NCBI GenBank assembly: GCA_030141605.1
Contig: JAQGDQ010000684.1
Span: 49,147-113,146 of the forward strand
Length of the DNA stretch: 64,000 nucleotides
DNA from: Tubiluchus corallicola
Lineage: Eukaryota; Animalia; Priapulida
Reading direction: 5' to 3'
The notes below the pieces were generated by a model that saw nothing but the letters and a program-made list of their open reading frames with translations, had not been told where the DNA came from and did no database searches. This document shows, one piece after another, positions 51,817 through 64,000 of this stretch. The position numbers were made by a program, and so were the translations under genes. The stretch's first letter is position 1; every line of letters begins with the position of its first letter.

Positions 51817-53270
51817 AGCGATCTAAGCACATTTACTGCTTGTATTCGTTTTTCATGGGGTGTAATTTAGTCTTACGTGTGCTACATAGTATTCTTGCAA
51901 GGCAAAATGACTTGCAATATAACACTAACATGACAAAAATTACACCAACTTTCACTCATGTAATAATTGTCATAAGTGTAATAAGGGGTCATGTTTTAAG
52001 AATCAAATATGAAATTTTAAATTTATTTTCAACAAAAACATCACGAGACTCATAATATATGCATCTTATATATGCAAATATAAATTTTAGTATATCTTAG
52101 AATAATAATTGAAGGCGACTGGGCCAAAAGTTAATTAATCACTGAATGAATATCAGAAAGTGTTTGGTTCTTCAAAGCGTTTGGTGCCTTCTGGCTGGTA
52201 CTTGTAATTGTAACATCCATTTAGCTGTGCATTTTAAGAGCTAATTAAATCAATTAAAACTGATTTATTTTAAATTTTTGTCTTGTCATTATACACCAGC
52301 CACGCATAGCCTGACCAAACATTTGATTAGGTTTAGTTTATTTGTCTCATTGTGTATACATAACTTAACCATATACAATTCACTATAATTATTGTTGAGA
52401 AGGTGTGGCGAATGACTTCATGATAAGTTGCCTTTTCTAGACAAGGTAGCTAGTGTATTTATCTGCTGCAGAGCCCTCTAAGGTAAACTATAATAATGAT
52501 GCACAAGGCACATACACTTATTACACTTATGTACTAAGTACAAGGTACTTTTTTACTAAGTAAGTAAGAAGACATGAGTGTGCTAAGTGTCTACATTCAT
52601 GTCTACACTTTTCACACTAGACCTTCACGTTTTGCATGCTTTGTCGTTCATGTTTGGCTGACTCAAGTAGCTGCTGAGGCTGAGTTAGGTGCCTGCTTAG
52701 GCTGACTTAGGTGTCTGCTTATGAGACCTCTGGTATTTCATCACCCTGTTCTTAGTTTCATTTACTACTCGGTGTTTTTGTAAATTTCTTTATTATGCAA
52801 GAAAAAGGGGCAAATAAATTTATTAAATTGAATTGAATTTAAATGAAATGAATTGAATTGAATTGAACTGCAAATGATTACAAGATCGTGTGTTTGTTTA
52901 GACTGTTTATATGTACTAAATTACAGTTGATTTTATTTACTACGGCTTTTGTTTATAAATTTTCTGGCCACTGCCTTTTGGCAGCAGAACAAAACATCGA
53001 TTTAATATCCATTAGTTACTATGATCAGTGACTTGTTGGCTGGAAATGAACATAAAAGATTGATTTGATATCAATTAGTTACTATGATCAGTGATATGTT
53101 GCTTGGAAACTAACACAAAAAATTGTTATGTCATTGATAGCCGGAACTCAAAGACAGACGACAAAGGTTCACCCTGCGTTCACCCAGTATCGCTACTCAT
53201 GCTGCTTGAGTAATTCAATTTTAATCTCAACAAAAGAGTAGGACATACCAAACCAAGAATATTTGCAACC

Positions 53271-53995
53271 ATGATCAGGTACTTGGTATGTTTAATAGCT
53301 GCAATAGGTTCAGTGACATGTTTTCGATATTAGAAGCAAGAAGCGAACAAGGTTATCAGAGAATGCATGTTTGAAACGGCTAATCTCGTTAACGATGTGA
53401 AATGTGCTCACTTGTGTTCAATGAGAGGTTCAACTTGTGTTGGTTTCAATGTTGGACCAGCAGCTGAGGGCGTTACCTGTGAGCTCAGTGCTTGTGGTGT
53501 GGATGACAAAACTCCAACAATGGTCAACAATTTTGACTACTACGAGAGAGGTAAATAAACAGTTAATTAACCTTTTATGGCGTAATTTTGCCTCGCTAAA
53601 TAGTTCTTATACCATCTTGGAAAGATGGAACGTATCACACAAATTTTCACTAGAAAATCTAAATTTCCTCTGATTTGCTTTGGAATCAAATCACTCACAA
53701 AGAAAAATATGACTCAATTAACACGTTGCCTAAACACTTGCCTAGCAAGTAGATTTAAAATGATCCAAAATGATTTCTTTTTGTAGTTGACAGCGGAATG
53801 GTGGTGACAATAAAACTTGCAAGTGCAATAAAACCACAATGATATTACAATGACCGTGGAAATGATAAAGACAATAACCATGACAATGACAATAAAGGTA
53901 GTGACAATTGCAAGGGTAACAACAGTCACACTGAACATGACACTAACGTGATGATGACATAGATGATGACGACAATGATATAAAAATGACGATGA

Positions 53996-54027
<32 letters not shown>

Positions 54028-54576
54028 TGACGACGACGACGACGATGATGATGATGACAACGATGACGACGATGATGACGATGAAGATGATGAAAACACG
54101 GCATAGTTAATGATATTTGTCAACTGTGATATTAGTACACTGATCGATCATTGTCATTTTCTCTTCTCTTTGCAGTTAACATTGGAAGATGCCTAGAGGA
54201 GTTTGAAGAATTTGGAGGAGCCTGCTACTTCTTTAGTTCTGATAAGGCGACTAACTGGGACACGGCACGTGAAGCGTGCATTAGCAAAGGGGCAGAGCTT
54301 GTAAGCATTGAGTCACTGGCAGAATTCACATACTTGAATGGCACGATTACAGATCTTGGTGTTTCCTTCTGGACGAGTGGAAGCGATGAATCTGAAGAAG
54401 GAACGTGGGTTTGGGAAGCCACAGGAAGATTGGCTAATGAGTTCATCCCCATTGCATGGAATCAGGGTCAACCGAACAACACTAACCTGGAGAACTACAT
54501 GTTATTTCTACCAGGTGGATATGACGATGTCCTATATCAAAAAAATAGACATTTCATTTGTGAGACAACACTGTAA
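53271..54576 (+). pseudogene. PAN-C-type lectin copy 3 (exons 53271-53550, 54176-54576); premature TAG at codon 21
   Basis: CAG>TAG at 53331-53333; CTL exon intact with QPN. Confidence 0.8.
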
Positions 54577-56046
54577 AGCGATCTAAGCACATTTACTACG
54601 TGTATTTGTTTTTCATGGGGTGTAATTTAGTCTTAGTGTGTTACGTAGTATTCTTGCAAGGCAAAATGACTTGCAATATAACCCTAACATGACAAAAATT
54701 ATGTCAACTTTCACTCATGTAATAATTGTCATAAGTGTAATAAGGGGTCATGTTTTAAGAATCAAATATGAAATTCTAAATTTATTTTCATCAAAAACAT
54801 CACGAGACTCATAATATATGCATCTTATATATGCAAATATAAATTTTAGTATATCTTAGAATAATAATTGAAGGCGACTGGGCCAAAAGTTAATTACTCA
54901 CTGAATGAATATCAGAAAGTGTTTGGTTCTTCAAAGCGTTTGGTGCCTTCTGGCTGGTACTTGTAATTGTAACATCCATTTAGCTATGCATTTTAAGAGC
55001 TAATTAAATCAATTAAAACTGATTTATTTTAAATTTTTGTCTTGTCATTATACATCAGCCACGCATAGCCTGACCAAACATTTGATTAGGTTTAGTTTAT
55101 TTGTCTCATTCTGTATACATAACTTAACCATATACAATTCACTATAATTATTGTTGAGAAGGTGTGGCGAATGACTTCATGATAAGTTGCCTTTTCTAGA
55201 CAAGGTAGCTAGTGTATTTATCTGCTGCAGAGCCCTCTAAGGTAAACTATAATAATAATGCACAAGGCACATACACTTATTACACTTATGTACTAAGTAC
55301 AAGGTACTTTTTTACTAAGTAAGTAAGAAGACATGAGTGTGCTAAGTGTCTACATTCATGTCTACACTTTTCACACTAGACCTTCACGTTTTGCATGCTT
55401 TATCGTTCATATTTGGCTGACTCAAGTAGCTGCTGAGGCTGAGTTAGGTGGCTGCTTAGGCTGACTTAGGTGCCTGCTTAGGCTGACTTAGGTGTCTACT
55501 TATGAGACCTCTGGTATTTCATCACCCTGTTCTTAGTTTCATTTACTACTCGGTGTTTTTGTAAATTTCTTTATTATGCAAGAAAAAGGGGCAAATAAAT
55601 TTATTAAATTGAATTGAATTTAAATGAAATGAATTTAATTGGACTGCAAATGATTACAAGATCGTGTGTTTGTTTAGACTGTTTATATGTACTAAATTAC
55701 AGTTGATTTTATTTACTACGGCTTTTGTTTACAAATTTTCTGGCCACTGCCTTTTGGCAGCAGAACAAAACATCGATTTAATATCCATTAGTTACTATGA
55801 TCAGTGACTTGTTGGCTGGAAATGAACATAAAAGATTGATTTGATATCAATTAGTTACTATGATCAGTGATATGTTGCTTGGAAACTAACACAAAAAATT
55901 GTTATGTCATTGATAGCCGGAACTCAAAGACAGACGACAAAGGTTCACCCTGCGTTCACCCAGTATCGCTACTCATGCTGCTTGAGTAATTCAATTTTAA
56001 TCTCAACAAAAGAGTAGGACATACCAAACCAAGAATATTTGCAACC

Positions 56047-57380
56047 ATGATCAGGTACTTGGTATGTTTAATAACCGCAATAGGTTCAGTGACATGTTTT
56101 CGATATTAGAAGCAAGAAGCGAACAAGGCTATCAGAGAATGCATGTTTGAAACGGCTAATCTCGTTAACGATGTGAAATGTGCTCACTTGTGTTCAATGA
56201 GAGGTTCAGCTTGTGTTGGTTTCAATGTTGGACCAGCAGCTGAGGGCGTTACCTGTGAGCTCAGTGCTTGTGGTGTGGATGACAAAACTCCAACAATGGT
56301 CAACAATTTTGACTACTACGAGAGAGGTAAATAAACAGTTAATTAACCTTTTATGGCGTAATTTTGCCTCGCTAAATAGTTCTTATCCATCTTGGAAAGA
56401 TGGAACGTATCACACAAATTTTCACTAGAAAATCTAAATTTTCTCTGATTTGCTTTGGAATCAAATCACTCACAAAGAAATATATGACTCAATTAACACG
56501 TTGCCTAAACACTTGCCTAGCAAGTAGATTTAAAATGATCCAAAATGATTTCTTTTTGTAGTTGACAGCGGAATGGTGGTGACAATAAAACTTGCAAGTG
56601 CAATAAAACCACAATGATATTACAATGACCGTGGAAATGATAATGGTAATGATAAAGACAATAACCATGACAATGACAATAAAGGTAGTGACAATAGCAA
56701 GGGTAACAACAGTCACACTGAACATGACACTGACGTGATGATGACATAGATGATGACGACAATGATATAAAAATGACGATGCGATGACGACGATGATGAT
56801 GATACGACGACGACGATGACGATGATGACGACGATGACGGTGACGACGACGATGATGATGATGATGACAACAATGACGACGATGATGACGATGAAGATGA
56901 TGAAAACACGGCATAGTTAATGATATTTGTCAACTGTGATATTAGTACACTGATCGATCATTTTCTCTTCTCTTTGCAGTTAACATTGGAAGATGCCCGG
57001 AGAAGTTTGAAGAATTTGGAGAAGCCTGCTACTTCTTTAGTTCTGATAAGGCGACTAACTGGGACACGGCACGTGAAGAGTGCATTAGCAAAGGGGCAGA
57101 TCTTGTAAGCATTGAGTCACAGGCAGAATTCACATACTTGAATGACAGGATTACAGATCTTGGTGGTTGGTTCTGGACGAGTGGAAACGATGTATCTGAA
57201 AAAGGAACATGGGTTTGGGAAGCCACAGGAAGATTAGCTAATGAGTTCAACCCCATTGCATGGAGGCCGGGTCAACCGGACAACACTAATCTGGAGAACT
57301 ACATGTTATTTCTACCAGGTGGATATCACGATGTCCCAAGTACTCAAAATAGACACTTTATTTGTGAGACAACACTGTAA
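56047..57380 (+). pseudogene. PAN-C-type lectin copy 4 (exons 56047-56326, 56980-57380); premature TAG at codon 21
   Basis: TAG at 56107-56109; CTL exon intact with QPD. Confidence 0.8.
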
Positions 57381-58822
57381 AGCGATCTAAGCACATTTAC
57401 TGCGTGTATTCGTTTTTCATGGGGTGCAATTTAGTCTTAGTGTGTTACATAGTATTCTTGCAAGGCAAAATGACTTGCAATATAACCCTAACATGACAAA
57501 AAATATGTCAACTTTCACTCATGTAATAATTGTCATAAGTGTAATAAGGTGTCATGTTTTAAGAATCAAATATGAAATTCTAAATTTATTTTCAACAAAA
57601 ACATCACGAGACTCATAATATATGCATCTTATATATGCAAATATAAATTTTAGTATATCTTAGAATAATAATTGAAGGCGACTGGGCCAAAAGTTAATTA
57701 CTCACTGAATGAATATCAGAAAGTGTTTGGTTCTTCAAAGCGTTTGGTGCCTTCTGGCTGGTACTTGTAATTGTAACATCCATTTAGCTATGCATTTTAA
57801 GAGCTAATTAAATCAATTAAAACTGATTTATTTCAAATTTTTGTCTTGTCATTATACACCAGCCACGCATAGCCTGACCAAACATTTGATTAGGTTTAGT
57901 TTATTTGTCTCATTGTGTATACATAACTTAACCATATACAATTCACCATAATTATTGTTGAGAAGGTGTGGCGAATGACTTCATGATAAGTTGCCTTTTC
58001 TAGACAAGGTAGCTAGTGTATTTATCTGCTGCAGAGCCCTCTAAGGTAAACTATAATAATGATGCACAAGGCACATACACTTATTACACTTATGTACTAA
58101 GTACAAGGTACTTTTTTACTAAGTAAGTAAGAAGACATGAGTGTGCTAAGTGTCTACATTCATGTCTACACTTTTCACACTAGACCTTCACGTTTTGCAT
58201 GCTTTGTCGTTCATGTTTGGCTGACTCAAGTAGCTGCTGAGGCTGAGTTAGGTGGCTGCTTAGGCTGACTTAGGTGTCTGCTTATGAGACCTCTGGTATT
58301 TCATCACCCTGTCCTTAGTTTCATTTTCTACTCGGTGTTTTTGTAAATTTCTTTATTATGCAAGAAAAAGGGGCAAATAAATTTATTGAATTGAATTTAA
58401 ATGAATTGAATTGAATTGAACTGCAAATGATTTCAAGATCGTGTGTTTGTTTAGACTATTTATATGTAATAAATTACAGTTGATTTTATTTAATACGGCT
58501 TTTGTTTACAACTTCTCTGGCCACTGCCTTTTGGCAGCAGAACAAAACATCGATTTAATATCCATTAGTTACTATGATCAGTGACTTGTTGGCTGGAAAT
58601 GGACATAAAAGATTGATTTGATATCAATTAGTTACTATGATCAGTGATATGTTGCTTGGAAACTAACACAATAGATTGATTTGCATTGATAGCCGGAACA
58701 CAAAAACAGACGACAAAGGTTCACCCTGCGTTCACCCAGTATCGCTACCCATGCTGCTTGAGTAATTCAATTTTAATCTCAACAAAAGAGTAGGACATAC
58801 CAAACTAAGAATATTTGCAACC

Positions 58823-60042
58823 ATGATCAGGTACTTGGTAGGTTTAATAGCCGCAATCGGTTCAGCGACATGTTTTCGATATCTGAAGCAAGAAGCGAAC
58901 AAGGTTATCAGAGAATGCATGTTTGAAACGGCTAATCTCGTTAACGATGTGAAATGTGCTAACTTGTGTTCAATGAGAGGTTCAACTTGTGTTGGTTTCA
59001 ATGTTGGACCAGCAGCTGAGGGCGTTACCTGTGAGCTCAGTGCTTGTGGTATGGATGAAAAAACTCCAACAACGGTCAACAATTTTGACTACTACGAGAG
59101 AGGTAAATGAACACTTAATTAACCTTTTATGACGTAATTTTGCCTCGCTAAATAGTTCTTATACCATCTTGGAAAGATGGAACGTATCACACAAATTTTC
59201 ACTAGAAAATCTAAATTTTCTCTGATTTGCTTTGGAATCAAATCACTCACAAAGAAATATATGACTCAATTAACACGTTGCCTAAACACTTGCCTAGCAA
59301 GTAGATTTAAAATGATCCAAAATGATTTCTTTTTGTAGTTGACAGCGGAATGGTGTTGACAATAAAACTTGCAAGTGCAATAAAATCCACAATGATATTA
59401 CAATGACCGTGGAAATGATAATGGTAATAATAAAGACAATAACCATGACAATGACAATAAAGGTAGTGACAATTGCAAGGGTAACAACAGTCACACTGAA
59501 CATGACACTGACGTGATGATGACAATAATATAAAAATGACGATGCGACGACGATGATGAAAACACGGCATAGTTAATGATATTTGTCAACTGTGATATTA
59601 GTACACTGATCTATCATTGTCATTTTCTCTTCTCTTTGCAGTTAACAGTGGAAGATGCCCGGAGGAGTTTGAAGAATTTAGAGGAGCCTGCTACTTCTTT
59701 AGCTCTTATAAGGTGACTAATAGGGGCACGGCACGTGAAGCATGCATTAGCAAAGGGGCAGATCTTGTAAGCGTTGAGTCACAGGCAGAATTCACATACT
59801 TGAATGACAGGATTACAGATCTTGGTGGTTGGTTCTGGACGAGTGGAAACGATGTATCTGAAAAAGGAACATGGGTTTGGGAAGCCACAGGAAGATTAGC
59901 TAATGAGTTCAACCCCATTGCATGGAGTCCGGGTCAACCGGACAACACTAATCTGGAGAACTACATGTTATTTCTACCAGGTGGATATCACGATGTCCCA
60001 AGTACTCAAAATAGACACTTTATTTGTGAGACAACACTGTAA
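58823..60042 (+). CDS. Secreted PAN/apple + C-type lectin, copy 5 (exons 58823-59102, 59642-60042), intact, 226 aa
   Basis: Open across the phase-1 intron; QPD motif. Confidence 0.85.
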
Positions 60043-62139
60043 AGCGATCTAAGCACATTTACTGCGTGTATTCGTTTTTCATGGGGTGCAATTTAGTCTT
60101 AGTGTGTTACATAGTATTCTTGCAAGGCAAAATGACTTGCAATATAACCCTAACATGACAAAAAATATGTCAACTTTCACTCATGTAATAATTGTCATAA
60201 GTGTAATAAGGGGTCATGTTTTAAGAATCAAATATGAAATTCTAAATTTATTTTCAACAAAAACATCACGAGACTCATCATATATGCATATTATATATAC
60301 AAATATAAATTTTAGTATATCTTAGAATAATAATTGAAGGCGACTGGGCCAAAAGTTAATTACTCACTGAATGAATATCAGAAAGTGTTTGGTTCTTCAA
60401 AGCGTTTGGTGCATTCTGGCTGGTACTTGTAATTGTAACATCCATTTAGCTATGCATTTTAAGAGCTAATTAAATCAATTAAAACTGTTTTATTTTAAAT
60501 TTTTGTCTTGTCATTATACATCAGCCACGCATAGCCTGACCAAACATTTGATTAGGTTTAGTTTATTTGTCTCATTGTGTATACATAACTTAACCATATA
60601 CAATTCACTATAATTATTGTTGAGAAGGTGTGGCGAATGACTTCATGATAAGTTACCTTTTCTAGACAAAGTAGCTAGTGTATTTATCTGCTGCAGAGCC
60701 CTCTAAGGTAAGCTATATGTGAAAGTCATGTTTGAGGTTGTAGATGAATCACTTGGTAGAAAAAGAATAATACACTATACTACATATCTGCACAAAACTG
60801 AAACGCGTTTATTGACTACACATACATATGTAGAATGACTGCTACACTGAACACTGAGAACAAGAGTGTCCTGCACTGATCACTGAGAGTTAGACAGTAG
60901 TAACATGAGTATCACGACTGCTACACTGCACTGAGAGTATACTGACTGCTTAGGCTGGCTTAGGTGGCTGCTTAGGCTGACTTAGGTGTCTCCTTAGGCT
61001 GACTTAGGTGGCTGCTCAGGCTGATTTAGGTGGCTAAGGGAAACTAATGGTCTAATAAGTATCTGCCTTATTGACCAATTTAATTTTTTCATCTGACTAG
61101 AATGTTGTAACATAATTTTGATGTCGCCAGATTCAACGGAACCCCTCACAAGATTAAGTGCGCGAAAAATTTTCACTGATTATTAACATGTAGAATAAAA
61201 TAATGAACATCAATAATTAAAGCATTTTCGTTCATTCTGAACTAATCGCATTCACTAGGACAAATTTTCCAAATAAAATACACCGAGGAATTGTGTTAAC
61301 TGTAGTATAATCGTTCGACTGTGTTTACACTTCAGTTGAGATTCCTATTCTGTATGCAACACTCTGTCTTCTTTCCCGTACTCATGCGACCCTCTTCATA
61401 CTACCGAGGCATTGTATTGAAAATTTTACGAAATACCAATATTAGATGTTCGCAGTTGCACACACGAAAAATATTTTGTGTCTATACCAACCAGTTAAAA
61501 GAAAATGCGATTTTCAACAGTTTGAAAGCGAAGTTAGTGAATGCAGTATATATATATATGGTTAACAACTCGCCTTTACTCGTATTATTTATATTATAAA
61601 CGTGGCGTCTTATAAGCCGTGCTAATTTCGAGAACAAAACTGGAGTTACAAAATCTCAGCTAAATTCCTTCTCGGTTTCAACACTAAACGTACGGAACAC
61701 CATCACTCGCTCACTATCCGTGATACCAGAAAGAATAGAATGAGAACAGAATGGGTAACATTTGGAATTTTTTGTGCCAAGCGAATGACATATTAGAAAG
61801 ATGACAGATGGGATGTAAAACAGCTACAAGTGTGACCACGCATGCGCACCTTGTGTCTTGCGATGATTAATTTTTTGTAAGTCACCTAATGGTGCTTAAT
61901 TTACAAATTGGTGGTTTACAGAAATAGTTATAAACGTTGTAAGCCTTCACGTATTTAGAGAGACTTAATAAAGAGATTAATAAAGAGGTTAAAGACGCTA
62001 CAGATTCTGGGTAGAACATTGGAGAAAATTTAAGAGAAATGAATAATGATGAAAAGACTACTTACACAGGTTACAGAAACAGTTTATTTACAAGAAAATA
62101 GTTCATGATTATTATTTACATTTCATTACATTTGTCATT

Positions 62140-63726
62140 TTAATACAATGATTCGATATCGACCGCATTCGGATTTTTTATAACAAGTTCACGATCACAT
62201 ATTTGCGACAGCATCACATTGATCAGAAGTGTAACAATGTCGGGCGGAATCCGAGCTGATTGGTTAGGATAGTCATTATCAGGCTCAGTGTTCTGCCATT
62301 TGAGATAGCGTAACTGCCTCCAGTTTGCCATGGCCCTGAAATGGATATTACTGATATCTCCTTCCCCGGGGTAGAACTCTATTAAGCCTGCATGTGGAGG
62401 TAGGAATAACGTGTGCGATAGCCCAGCACCGTGCATTCCCATTAGGATGTCGGTTTGAGAGACCAGTTCAAGCTGCTTTTTCATGCTATAAAGGTCAATC
62501 TGCTCAGCCTTAACACTCAACTCAGGGAATTGTAACAATGTCTTCAACACTTCGTCTTCGTTATGAATTTTTCTACTGACAACACCGCTGGGGTTTCTTG
62601 GATGTGCAATGTAATCATGCCTCCAGATCACTAGAACATTCACTCGAGAGCAGTTTAATTGGTGATGGCCGTCCACTTTGTGTCTTTCGAGGTAAAAATT
62701 CTTAAATTCTGTAACTAATGGAAGGCTAGGCAAATCATGTTTGTTCATAAGGTTGTTGTAAGATAGGGTGGCCCACAGAAGTTCGTCAAAGATAACACAG
62801 CCTTTCAAGTGCCCCAACCGTGTAACAGCACCAAATAGTGTCGACCATGTTCCATCTAGAGAACCTTCCGGGTGGCTGTCCATTAATAGCACCCTGGACT
62901 TACTGGGATCTTTCCCAAGGAAAGACACGAGCAGGAAAATGTTGTAGAAATCTGTCATTGTGTGGTACAGATTTGCATACTCGTAGCGATTTATTGCCAC
63001 AGTAAAGCCAGAAATTCTCCTGCAAAGTTTTTCGTAATTTCTCCCAGAGCACTTTGTATCAAAAGCGGCCATGTAAGTGTTCAAATGGCTGTTATCACGA
63101 AACTGAATCACTGGTTTCCTGTTGCATTGTAAGCAAAATAAACCCAAATACAATTTCATGTATTCGTCCTCCTCTCTTTGATTAAAAACTGTTTGTAATT
63201 TTTCGCCCCCTCTCGGTCCCCTGGCATACTTCGTGTTTACAGTAAGCCCTTTGAAGAAAGCAAAATCGTCTTTGTACGTAGTAAACTTGTTGTTACAATA
63301 CCTGGATGACGACAAATTCCAGGATTCGAACATATCACGTGGTGTAAGCGCTTCTTCATTCGCTGGTTTTTCAACAATATCACTCACGTTCAAGTCTTCC
63401 CAGTCAAAGTTCCAACCCTGAACACCATCACCATCATCATCATTGTCAGGGTGTTCTGCCTGTTTCGAAGGACTAAGACCGTCTAAAGAAAATCTTTTTA
63501 GTTTTTTTGGAAAACTCGCCTGGTTTGAGGATATTAACGAGCCATCTGCACTAAGAACTTTTACGTTCAGTTGTCTCGATTTAGCAAAAGTAAGGTATTG
63601 GTGATTGTGTCGTTTGTTACTGAGTACAGTAGCGAGTAGAGTGAAGCATATCGCTGGTATTATGAGCACGACACAAATGAAGTTGTATCTGTGAAGTAAG
63701 TAATGTCTGCACTTTCGTAGTTTCAT
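62140..63726 (-). CDS. Glycosyltransferase family 61 protein (EOGT / beta-1,2-xylosyltransferase-like), type II membrane, single coding exon
   Basis: N-terminal TM helix, acidic stem, RYEYANLYH...D.YN, R.I.NE.E, QL..V..TD.L.GMHGAGL.H.LFLP motifs. ATG at 63777 lies in a likely acceptor (TTATGTTTCAG), so MKLRK at 63726 is preferred. Confidence 0.88.
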   Translation of the reverse strand: MKLRKCRHYLLHRYNFICVVLIIPAICFTLLATVLSNKRHNHQYLTFAKSRQLNVKVLSADGSLISSNQASFPKKLKRFSLDGLSPSKQAEHPDNDDDGDGVQGWNFDWEDLNVSDIVEKPANEEALTPRDMFESWNLSSSRYCNNKFTTYKDDFAFFKGLTVNTKYARGPRGGEKLQTVFNQREEDEYMKLYLGLFCLQCNRKPVIQFRDNSHLNTYMAAFDTKCSGRNYEKLCRRISGFTVAINRYEYANLYHTMTDFYNIFLLVSFLGKDPSKSRVLLMDSHPEGSLDGTWSTLFGAVTRLGHLKGCVIFDELLWATLSYNNLMNKHDLPSLPLVTEFKNFYLERHKVDGHHQLNCSRVNVLVIWRHDYIAHPRNPSGVVSRKIHNEDEVLKTLLQFPELSVKAEQIDLYSMKKQLELVSQTDILMGMHGAGLSHTLFLPPHAGLIEFYPGEGDISNIHFRAMANWRQLRYLKWQNTEPDNDYPNQSARIPPDIVTLLINVMLSQICDRELVIKNPNAVDIESLY

Positions 63727-64000
63727 CGTAAGTTGTGATGCCTGAACGACTATAAGTTCAGACCATTTCTGAAACATAATAAAAAGATTGTGGTAATTGT
63801 ATGAACCACCCGTTTAAAGTTCAGAAATAAAGAGCGTTGTTTTTGTTATTTTTCCTCATAAAACTTGAACAAACATTATACTCCAAATTGAGGCGCGTGA
63901 AGCAAGTAAAATTACACAACACAATTTCTGGTAGATGCCATAAAATGCAGAGTACTGCTTAGCAGCATAGTACATGGTAATTTTTTTTACTGTATGTCTC

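Larger units (their letters stand above)
50190..60712 (+). repeat. Segmental tandem duplication, unit ~2.76-2.78 kb, ~4 copies plus a partial upstream copy
   Basis: ATG spacing 2760, 2776, 2776 bp; introns and spacers nearly identical. Confidence 0.95.

Noticed and set aside
60718-61040. Possible solo LTR at the end of the lectin array
   Set aside because: No clear TG...CA ends or TSD; only short 20-bp GCTTAGGCTGACTTAGGTG repeats shared with the array spacers

Overview
AT-rich eukaryotic (invertebrate-like metazoan) genomic DNA with spliceosomal introns; no prokaryotic features. From left to right: (1) a single-coding-exon DOMON + cytochrome b561 ferric-chelate reductase (FRRS1-like, +). (2) A ~37 kb minus-strand NFRKB (INO80G) gene, traced by hand over 27 coding exons plus one possible microexon, with consistent GT-AG phases. 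(3) A head-to-tail ~2.77 kb tandem array of five two-exon genes encoding signal peptide + PAN/apple-like domain + C-type lectin, most with a damaged exon 1. (4) A single-exon GT61-family glycosyltransferase (-). Introns hold many MITEs (hAT, piggyBac, Tc1/pogo types), LINE/RTE fragments, microsatellites and minisatellites. The most striking pattern: three (possibly four) NFRKB minisatellites are tandem amplifications of the gene's own exon-intron junctions, giving arrays of about 12-39 decoy splice sites that run into the introns. Second: in the lectin array all four lectin exons are intact while exon 1 of copies 2-4 is broken, and an intact orphan exon 1 sits upstream in the same phase. All coordinates and copy numbers were read by eye; family calls come from recalled motifs, not database searches.
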